A stretch of 63,996 nt of DNA, counting the filler, from an uncultured bacterium (GTDB taxonomy: Bacteria; DAOPZR01), in the NCBI GenBank assembly GCA_964637655.1. It is 8 parts of 8 records of this genome, joined end to end, with 100 filler letters (N's around TTAATTAATTAA, not from the genome) between each part and the next. Parts side by side here need not be neighbours in the genome. Positions count along the whole stretch, not along the records: positions 56,908 to 63,996 come from CAZWUZ010000202.1; 7 more parts are not named here. The stretch is one strand, 5' to 3'. The notes under the pieces were generated by a model. It ran no database searches. It saw only the letters and a program-made list of their open reading frames with translations, and was not told the DNA's origin. This document shows positions 56,947 to 63,996 of the stretch, one piece after another. Within the stretch, counting starts at the first letter, position 1; the number at the start of each line of letters is the position of its first letter. Both the position numbers and the translations under genes were made by a program.

Positions 56947-58323
56947 ATGCGACAGGTCTGGTCGGCGGTTGCCCGCCGTCTGCTGCGGCACTGGCAGCGC
57001 GGCTGGGACACCCCCTTCGTCGTCACCTACACCATGGTCGTCCTCGCCGGACTGACCCTGTTCGCGCTGCAGGCGGCGGTCTGGACGGGCGTGCTGACCG
57101 TGGCCGACAGCAGTTTCGCCGAGGTCCTGCTCGCCATCCTGCTGCTCATCGTGCTGACCTTGCAGGCGCGGGCGCTTGACCGCGTGCGCCGCGCGCATGC
57201 CCGGGTGCGCACCCAGGGGGTGCAGTTGCGGCGGTCGCTGGACGAACTGCTGGTGGACAACCGCCTGCGCCACGCGCGCATCGAGGAACTCTCCATCATC
57301 CGCGAACTGGGACTGGCGATCAATTCCATCCTCGATTTCAACCGGCTGCTGGCAACCAGCGCCAAACTCATTGCCGACACCGTTGAAGCGACCGGCTACG
57401 TTCTCTACCTGCGCGACCGCACGGGTGAGTTCACCTGTCCGCTGGCAGTACGCCGCGGCGAAGCACTCGCCGCAGACGACCCGTTCATCGCGCAGTTCCG
57501 CGACCGCCACCTGGCGCCGGCGCTCGCGGCCTCCGGGGCGCTGCTCGCCGACGACGACGACTGCGGGCGCTTCTTTCTCGTGCCGCTGACGGACACCGAG
57601 CAGCACCTCGGGCTGCTCGGGCTGTACGAGCCGCGGCGGCTGCCGTTCGGCCACGACCAGCTCGGGCTGCTGACGCAGCTGGGGAAACACCTGGCGCTGG
57701 CGCTGAAGAACGCGCTGCTCTACGACCTGGCCATCACCGACGGGCTGACCGGGCTGTACGTGCACCGCCACTTCCAGCACCGGCTGCAGCAGGAACTGGC
57801 GACCGCGCAGCGTTACGAACGCCCGCTGGCGCTGGTGATGTGCGATATCGACCATTTCAAGAAATTCAACGACACCTACGGGCACCAGATCGGCGACGAC
57901 GTGCTGCGCGCCGTGGCGCAGACCCTGCGCGGCACGCTGCGCGCCGCCGATTCCGCCTACCGCTACGGCGGCGAGGAGATGTGCGCCATTCTCCCCGAAA
58001 CCGAACTGCCGCAGGCGCTGCACGTGGCGGAACGCCTGCGCAGTGCCATTGCCGCGCTGCGCCTGCCGACCGACAAGGGGGAAGTGCAGGTGACGAGCAG
58101 TTTCGGCGTCGCCATGTGGCTCCCCGTACACGGCGACAAGGACGGGCTGATCAAGGCCGCCGACAGCGCGCTCTACGCCGCCAAGGAGGCGGGTCGCAAC
58201 TGCGTGCGGAGCGCCGCCGCGGCGCCCGCCTCCGCCCCCGCGGCCGACCCGGCCCCGGCGGCGGCACCAGCGCCCGACGCCCCTCCCCGACCGCGCATCA
58301 TCCGTCCCGCCCCGACCGCCTGA
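56947..58323 (+). CDS. Membrane-anchored GAF-GGDEF diguanylate cyclase
   Basis: Two TMs, GAF, DGLTGL, DIDHFKKFNDTYGH, RAAD I-site and RYGGEEM. Confidence 0.92.
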   Translation: MRQVWSAVARRLLRHWQRGWDTPFVVTYTMVVLAGLTLFALQAAVWTGVLTVADSSFAEVLLAILLLIVLTLQARALDRVRRAHARVRTQGVQLRRSLDELLVDNRLRHARIEELSIIRELGLAINSILDFNRLLATSAKLIADTVEATGYVLYLRDRTGEFTCPLAVRRGEALAADDPFIAQFRDRHLAPALAASGALLADDDDCGRFFLVPLTDTEQHLGLLGLYEPRRLPFGHDQLGLLTQLGKHLALALKNALLYDLAITDGLTGLYVHRHFQHRLQQELATAQRYERPLALVMCDIDHFKKFNDTYGHQIGDDVLRAVAQTLRGTLRAADSAYRYGGEEMCAILPETELPQALHVAERLRSAIAALRLPTDKGEVQVTSSFGVAMWLPVHGDKDGLIKAADSALYAAKEAGRNCVRSAAAAPASAPAADPAPAAAPAPDAPPRPRIIRPAPTA

Positions 58324-58385
58324 CATCCCGGCGAGGTGCGCTGCAACACCGGACGCCAGCGCACAGAACCTTCACCGGATACTGA

Positions 58386-58430
58386 AGTTAGTAACAAACA
58401 GGGCCTCCGTCCCAGTTTTTGTTACTAACT
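58386..58430. repeat. AT-rich perfect 13-bp inverted repeat
   Basis: agttagtaacaaa-19 nt-tttgttactaact, just upstream of the -35 box at 58440. Confidence 0.75.
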
Positions 58431-58474
58431 GTGGTTGGATTGACGCTGTGCGGTGCACAACGTATCATGCGCGC

Positions 58475-59479
58475 ATGGTGGATACTCTCATCAGCACGGA
58501 AAACCTGACCCGCACCTTCGGCACACGTCGCGCGGTCGACGGCGTTTCCCTGCGCATCGCGCGCGGCGAGGTGTTCGGACTGCTCGGGCCCAACGGGGCG
58601 GGGAAGACGACCACCATCTCCATGCTCGCCACCATCCTGCCGGTAAGCGCGGGAAGCGCTGCTGTCGACGGGCACGACGTGGTGCGGGAACCGGCGGCGG
58701 TGCGGCGCAGCATCGGCATCGTCTTCCAGGAACCGTCGCTCGACACCATCCTCCCCGGGCGCGAGAATCTCGAACTGCACGGGCGCCTCTACGGCGTTCC
58801 TGCCGCGTCGCTGCGGGCGCGCGGCGACGCGCTGCTCGACCTCGTCGCCGCGCGCCTGCAGTGACCGACCGACAAGGATCNNNNNNNNNNGGACGACCTC
58901 GTACGCACCTACTCGGGGGGGATGAAACGGCGCTTAGAGATCGCGCGCGGACTGCTGCACGACCCCGCGGTGCTCTTTCTCGACGAACCGACCCTCGGGC
59001 TCGACCCCGCCACGCGCGGGCATATCTGGGAGTACCTGCGCGCGCTGGTGCGCGAACGCGGCACCACGGTCATCCTCACCACGCATTACATGGAGGAGGC
59101 GGACGCGCTGTGCGACCGCATCGCCATCATCGACCACGGCAAGATTATCGCGCTCGACACGCCGGCCGCGCTCAAGGCGCGGCTGGGTGGCGACACGGTC
59201 ACCGTGCGCCCGGTGCAGCCGCCCGCCGCCGACCCGTACACCCTCCCCGGGGTGAGCGCCGGCGAGCGGCTGGCTGACGGCACGCTGCGTCTGACGGTGG
59301 ACAGCGCCGCGCGGCGCGTCCCCGCGCTGCTCGCCGCGCTCGGCGAGGTCACCCGTCTCGAAGTGCGCTCCCCGTCGCTGGAGGATGTCTTCCTGCACCT
59401 GACGGGGCACGAACTGCGCGACGAGGCGGAAACCGGCGAGAGTTTTGCCGACACCCTGTTCCGGCTGGGCAACCGCTGA
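58475..59479 (+). CDS. ABC exporter ATP-binding protein (DrrA-like); split next to a scaffold gap
   Basis: GPNGAGKTT in the first part; YSGGMKRR, FLDEPT and TTHYM in the second. The frame breaks beside the N gap at 58881-58890. TTGACG-17-TATCAT promoter at 58440-58468. Confidence 0.88.
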
Positions 59480-60264
59480 TGGGCGCGTCGCGGGTCCCCC
59501 CCGGACTGCGGCACGAACTGCGCGCGGTCGGTGCGCTCTGGCGGCGCGAGTATCTCATCTTCCTGCGCGAACACAGCCGCCTGGTGGCGTCGGTGGCCAC
59601 CCCGCTGCTCTGGGTGGTCTTCGTCGGTACCGGGTTCGGCGCCAGTTTCGAGCCGGTGGCGGGCATCCCCTACCGCACCTGGCTCTTCCCGGGGGTCATC
59701 GCGCAGGCCGTGCTCTTCAGCAGCGTCTTTTTCGGGCTCTATATCGTCTGGGACCGCAAGGTGGACGTGCTCAAGGCGATACTCGTCGCTCCCGTTTCAC
59801 GGCTGAGCATCTTTTCCGGCAAGGTGCTGGGCGGGGCGACCGAGGCGGCCATGCAGGGGACGCTGCTGCTGCTCATCGGGGTCATCTTTTTCGGGGTGAC
59901 ACCCGCCGGACTGCTCCTCGCCCTGCCCATCGTCCTGCTGCTCGCCGTCGGCTTTGTCAGCGTCGGGCTCGGCATCGGCTCCTGTTTCGACAGTTTCGAG
60001 GGGTTCCACGTCATCGTCAGTTTCATGCTCTTCCCGCTCTTCTTCATCTCGGGCGCGCTTTTTCCCGTCGCCCCGCTGCAGGCCTCCTACCCGTGGCTCT
60101 ACGTGCTGGTGCGGCTCAATCCCGTCACCTACGCGGTCGACGCGCTGCGCGGGGCAACGCTCGGCCTGGGCACCTTCCCCTACCTGTACGACGTCACCCT
60201 GCTCGTCCTCTTCGCCGCCGCCGCGCTCGGGGTTGGCACCCTGCTCTTCCGCCGCATGCGCTGA
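59479..60264 (+). CDS. ABC-2 type permease
   Basis: LFPG, PLFFISGALFP and NPVTYAVDALR motifs. Confidence 0.92.
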   Translation: MGASRVPPGLRHELRAVGALWRREYLIFLREHSRLVASVATPLLWVVFVGTGFGASFEPVAGIPYRTWLFPGVIAQAVLFSSVFFGLYIVWDRKVDVLKAILVAPVSRLSIFSGKVLGGATEAAMQGTLLLLIGVIFFGVTPAGLLLALPIVLLLAVGFVSVGLGIGSCFDSFEGFHVIVSFMLFPLFFISGALFPVAPLQASYPWLYVLVRLNPVTYAVDALRGATLGLGTFPYLYDVTLLVLFAAAALGVGTLLFRRMR

Positions 60265-60533
60265 GCAACGTTGCGGGAAATACGGGAAGAGGGTACCTGG
60301 GTGTGACGGCAGGAACCAGCGAACTGACACCGGCGAACCGCGGACGCTCCGTGGTGAACGCCGTGGCTTTTTCGTGCCCGCGCAAAGCAACAGCAGCTCT
60401 TGCACCGCAAAGCACGCAGAACACACTGAGGAAACCATCTGCCTGACCACGGAGCACGCGGAGTCCACGGAGAACTGCCTGGCTGCGCAACGGGAAGCGG
60501 TCCTGCGGGCGAAAAGCATTCACATTGTACCGA

Positions 60534-60597
60534 CCCTCACCCGACGCTGCGCGTCTTCCTCTCCCGCGCTGAACCGCGGGAGAGGGAAAAGACGGGC
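60534..60597 (-). repeat. Diverged internal segment of the MITE/BoxC-like element, without terminal repeats
   Basis: The reverse complement shares gggagaggaagacgcgcagcgtc.ggtgaggg with 45809-45840. Confidence 0.7.
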
Positions 60598-60616
60598 GGA
60601 CTGGCAACCAGGTGCG

Positions 60617-62638
60617 CTACTTTTTCCCCTTCTTGGCGTCGGCGGTGCCGGCGGACGGCAGCTGGCAGGTGTCGCCGTCGCAGAACTTCTCCGTCACCGT
60701 GTCCTCATGCCGGAAATGGCGTCCCTGGGTGAAGGGGCGGACGCGCTCGAGCAGTTTGCGGTACTGCGCCTCGGTGATCGCCTCGACCGGCATCTGCTTG
60801 AATGCGCCCCCGGCATGCCGCGGCAGGAACGAGATCCCCTTGAGCTGGTACTGGTAATGGTCGAGCGCGTGGGCGATCTGCGGCCCCTCGCGCTCCGGGT
60901 CGAAGGTGACCGTCGCGCTTACCTGATTGTCCGCCCACTCGCGCTGCAGGAAGGCAGCCATTGCCAGCTGCTCCCACATGCTCACCTCGTGCTCGGAGCG
61001 CACCCCCTCCCCGTAGTCGACGGGAAACTCCGCCACCACGGAGTGTTTGCGGTCCTCGGCCGCCGGCTGCACGCGGTAGCCGTGCTCGACGAGGAGCTTG
61101 GTCAGCGGGCTTTCCTTCGGCAGGCGCACGCGGCGGATGACGAAACGCGCCACCGGCCAGTGGATGCCCGGCGTGGCGCCGGCGACGAGCGAGACCGAGC
61201 CCGACGGTTTGACCGAACTCATCTTCACCGACTGCGGCACCGCCAGCCAGTCGGCGTAGATACGGTCCCAGCGGCGCAGTTCGGCGTAACCGTCGCGCAT
61301 CCACTCACGCAGCGTGTGGATGCCGCGCTGCGCCACGAACTGCTGGATGCCGCTCAACGAGCAGCCGATGCGGCGGTTGCGCAGCATGACGCGGTTGGTC
61401 TCCGGCCAGTGCGTCGGCAGCAGCGTCACGGTCTTGGCATAGAGGTAGGCGAACTTGATGGTGCGCAGGAAGTCCGCCTTGGTCTCATGGCGGAACGGGA
61501 ATAACTCGACGAGACAGCAGGTCTCGTAGCTTTCGAGCGTCTGCTCGCAGCAGGGATTGGCCCCCGCCGCGCGGTGGTCCTTGTCGTCGGGCGGATCGCA
61601 CAGGCGCGAAAAGGCGCGCATGTTGTCGAGCCAGACATACCCGGGCTCGCCGTTATGCCGCGTGCGTTCCGCCGCGGCGCGGTAGTCCATCCCCAGCGGC
61701 GCGTAAATCGAGTTGTTCGAGGTCCAGCCGAACTCCTCGCGCAGCGGGTTTTTGCGGTAGTCCTTCAGGTCGAGATACTCGTCGGAGTCGTGCGGCCCGA
61801 AGACGATCTCCGCCGAGCGGCGCACGTTCCCCGAGACGACGCAGCGCCCGATGATGTTCATCAGGTCGACGATGGCGGTGGCGGTCAGCGGCTTGCCGCG
61901 CAGCGGGCGCAGCACCCGCTCGATCCGCTCGTGCATCTCCTGCAGCGGCTTCGCCCCGCCGCTGATGCCGCCGAAGCCGCGGATGGGCCGCCCGGCGGCG
62001 CGGATCTGCGAGTAGTTGAAGGCGGGGAGACGCTCCCCGTGGAACCACGCCATGAGCTGGCGGCGCAAACTTTCCACCCACCCCTCGCGACTGTCCGGGA
62101 CGGCGAAGAGTTCGGGGACGCCCGCCGACGGGCCGCGCACGACGAAGCTGCCCGCCCCGCACACGTCAAAGCCGACCCCCACCCCGAGCATGCTCATGTC
62201 CATGAGAAACTCGAAGGGGCGCGACAGGTCGTGCTTGAGATTGGCGGTGCTGACAAAGGCGCAGTTGTTCAGCGCGGCGGCGAGGTTGCGTTCCTCGGTG
62301 ATGGGCGAGCCCATCGCCCAGAGACCGCGCCCCGGCGGCAGAAACTTCATGTCGAACATCCGCTCGTACATTTCCTGCGCGGAGAACTGCGCCTTCTGCG
62401 GCACCCAGCCGAGACGCAGCCCCTCGACATGGCGGCGCTGCTGCTCGTAGGTTCCCTCGACCACGCGCGCCACCGTCTGCTGCCAGCGCTCGTTCTCCCC
62501 GCTGTCGTTGCGCGAATAGGAGCGCAGGTAGACCAGCAGCCCGAGCCCGTTGAAGCCGAACGGCGGCGTGCGCCGCGCGTAGGTTTCCAGGAATGACGGG
62601 GTGAGTTTGAACTTCCCCTCTTTGCTGAACGGTGTCAT
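60617..62638 (-). CDS. nrdJ: Class II (AdoCbl-dependent) ribonucleoside-triphosphate reductase, monomeric type
   Basis: PPGRGLW, LNNCAF, NVRRSAEI, NPCCEQ, KPSGSVS and C-terminal CDGDTC. Confidence 0.93.
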   Translation of the reverse strand: MTPFSKEGKFKLTPSFLETYARRTPPFGFNGLGLLVYLRSYSRNDSGENERWQQTVARVVEGTYEQQRRHVEGLRLGWVPQKAQFSAQEMYERMFDMKFLPPGRGLWAMGSPITEERNLAAALNNCAFVSTANLKHDLSRPFEFLMDMSMLGVGVGFDVCGAGSFVVRGPSAGVPELFAVPDSREGWVESLRRQLMAWFHGERLPAFNYSQIRAAGRPIRGFGGISGGAKPLQEMHERIERVLRPLRGKPLTATAIVDLMNIIGRCVVSGNVRRSAEIVFGPHDSDEYLDLKDYRKNPLREEFGWTSNNSIYAPLGMDYRAAAERTRHNGEPGYVWLDNMRAFSRLCDPPDDKDHRAAGANPCCEQTLESYETCCLVELFPFRHETKADFLRTIKFAYLYAKTVTLLPTHWPETNRVMLRNRRIGCSLSGIQQFVAQRGIHTLREWMRDGYAELRRWDRIYADWLAVPQSVKMSSVKPSGSVSLVAGATPGIHWPVARFVIRRVRLPKESPLTKLLVEHGYRVQPAAEDRKHSVVAEFPVDYGEGVRSEHEVSMWEQLAMAAFLQREWADNQVSATVTFDPEREGPQIAHALDHYQYQLKGISFLPRHAGGAFKQMPVEAITEAQYRKLLERVRPFTQGRHFRHEDTVTEKFCDGDTCQLPSAGTADAKKGKK

Positions 62639-62699
62639 GGTTTCCCTCCCAAGGGATATATTATCAATTTACCAAATATTCTCTATATTGTCAACTTGC

Positions 62700-63491
62700 T
62701 TATGGTTGCATGAGTTTTCCATGTGACGGATATCTGCGCAAATCGATATCAGACAACAACATTGCTGATAGTTCCTGCAGTACTGCCTGCGGGGTAAAAT
62801 CATGCGAATCGACCGCAATCAACTGGCAGACAACGCCATCTTTGCTATACGGGAAACTGACCAGTCCCGCTTCAGGGGTCGGATGCAGATGCCCGTAATA
62901 GACACGCCTAATGCCGGCGGCGGCAATCAGTTCGTCAGCAGCAGTCGCGTGCGGATCACGCAGGTCATGCGGCGGATGGTGCAGCACCAGCACCGGAGTC
63001 GTGCCCGCCGGCGCCTGCTGCAGTGCCGTGCAGCACTCGACGAGCCGCCGCAACTCCTTGTCGTACGTCGCGCGGTCCTTCGCCTCGTCCCAGTACTCGT
63101 CGGACGGCAATTTCCAGAAACGCGTTCCCGCCAGCGCGAACCCCTCCGTCACCAGGCACGGGGAGCGCGGCAGCACGTGCAGCGACGGATATGGCGCCAG
63201 CAGCGCGGCGAGCTTCGTTTCGCTTTTCGGCCACCAGTAGTCGTGGTTGCCGCGCAGCAGGTACTTTTTTACGGGAAGGTCGTGCAGAAGCTGCAGGTCG
63301 GGCGCCGCCGCGGCGGGCTTGAGCGCCCACGAGATGTCGCCGGCGACGATCACCGTGTCCTGATCGCGCACCACCCGCTGCCAGCTGGCGCAGAAGCGGG
63401 CGGTGGAGTCGTGCAAGAGGGGGAAGCGTTCCCCCATCACCTTGCCGGGCGTGCCGGTCGCCAGGTGCGGGTCGGACGTGATGAAGAGCAT
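62700..63491 (-). CDS. Calcineurin-like metallophosphoesterase
   Basis: SDPH, AGDISW, GNHDYWW, HHPP and YGHLH motifs. Confidence 0.9.
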   Translation of the reverse strand: MLFITSDPHLATGTPGKVMGERFPLLHDSTARFCASWQRVVRDQDTVIVAGDISWALKPAAAAPDLQLLHDLPVKKYLLRGNHDYWWPKSETKLAALLAPYPSLHVLPRSPCLVTEGFALAGTRFWKLPSDEYWDEAKDRATYDKELRRLVECCTALQQAPAGTTPVLVLHHPPHDLRDPHATAADELIAAAGIRRVYYGHLHPTPEAGLVSFPYSKDGVVCQLIAVDSHDFTPQAVLQELSAMLLSDIDLRRYPSHGKLMQP

Positions 63492-63492
63492 G

Positions 63493-63996
63493 CTACGGAA
63501 TGATGCCGGTGAGGTCGAGCCCGGCGGCCGCAGCAGCCGCACGAATTTCCGCCCGCTGCCAGTCGCGCAGTTCGATCTCCTCGCCATGCGCGAGATGCTT
63601 GCGCGTGCCGTTGCTGAGCACCAGCAGGTGCACGTCGGGAAGCCGCGCCTGCAGCGCCTGCTGCACTTCCTGCAGGAGCTTGTCGCGACGCACCGCCTCG
63701 CTTTGGCTGACCGGCCGCGGGGCGCGTTCCTCCGGTACCATCGGACAGAGGCGGCGCGCCTGCCCGGCTTCCGTGCCGGTGCGCACCGCCGCGACAAACT
63801 GTTCCGCATGGCGCTTCACCCACGGATGCACCCCGCGCAGTTTGCGCCAGTCAGCGACAGTGAGCGGCGGTTTCTGCGCGTACTGCAGCAGCTGCAGGTT
63901 GGCGATGACCTGATAGTGGGGGCGGTCGAGTTCCCGCGACAGTTCCTCGCCCTGCGCGTGCAGACCGCGCAGGATTTCCTGCGCCATCAGGTAGAG
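63493..63996 (-). CDS. HRDC-like C-terminal region, probably RNase D (5' truncated)
   Basis: ELSRELDRPHYQVIAN..L...A.KPP...LRGV pattern and WQRAEI near the C-terminus. Confidence 0.6.
   Translation of the reverse strand, partial: LYLMAQEILRGLHAQGEELSRELDRPHYQVIANLQLLQYAQKPPLTVADWRKLRGVHPWVKRHAEQFVAAVRTGTEAGQARRLCPMVPEERAPRPVSQSEAVRRDKLLQEVQQALQARLPDVHLLVLSNGTRKHLAHGEEIELRDWQRAEIRAAAAAAGLDLTGIIP

Noticed and set aside
58845-58921. Frameshift or pseudogene in the ABC ATPase
   Set aside because: The break lies beside a 10-N scaffold gap and both halves are otherwise intact, so an assembly error is more likely.
62655-62695. NrdR boxes upstream of nrdJ
   Set aside because: The AT-rich sequence only loosely resembles the consensus, and I could not identify a convincing tandem pair by eye.

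Overview
This window is not one locus. It is eight unrelated contigs of about 7-8.3 kb, joined by 100-nt N-TTAATTAATTAA-N linkers and ordered by decreasing length. That layout is typical of a fragmented draft or metagenome-assembled genome, here from a high-GC, diderm (LptC/LptA), flagellated bacterium. All family calls come from motif reading, not database searches. Contig 1 (1-8329): a HEAT-repeat protein, processive GT2 synthase and TPR/YaiO-like beta-barrel operon, then a methyltransferase, a loop-deleted CCA/HD nucleotidyltransferase, a HAD hydrolase and a DtxR-FeoA regulator. Contig 2 (8430-16731) is visibly lower in GC and is the most unusual part. It is one coupled minus-strand operon combining Campylobacter MeOPN (phosphoramidate)-like enzymes (Cj1418-, Cj1416- and Cj1415-like) with two B12-dependent radical SAM enzymes, two class I methyltransferases, a formyltransferase-like protein and a CDP-alcohol phosphotransferase with an altered motif. 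Contig 3: a secreted repeat/LamG-like protein, PAS-PAS, degenerate GAF-GGDEF, gltA, GT87 and MFS. Contig 4: lptCA, an amidase, CAP, OmpA-vWA, a 47-aa lipoprotein missing from the ORF track, WrbA and a hybrid kinase. Contig 5: GAF-HD-GYP-PilZ, an acidic-repeat/TPR protein, cluster-less MutY, nifSU, a cNMP protein, flagellin and an ECF ATPase. Contig 6: a ZIP transporter with a cNMP-binding domain, SrkA, a DksA/TraR protein, GT87, DUF5610 and AsmA. Contig 7: an XdhD-like molybdoenzyme with FAD subunit and GAF-PP2C, then MoxR-DUF58-TgpA. Contig 8: a diguanylate cyclase with a sigma28-type promoter, an ABC-2 exporter, class II RNR, a metallophosphoesterase and an HRDC fragment. Intergenic DNA carries several small repeat families, including a 151-bp MITE with an 8-bp target-site duplication. 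No rRNA, tRNA or CRISPR array was seen.
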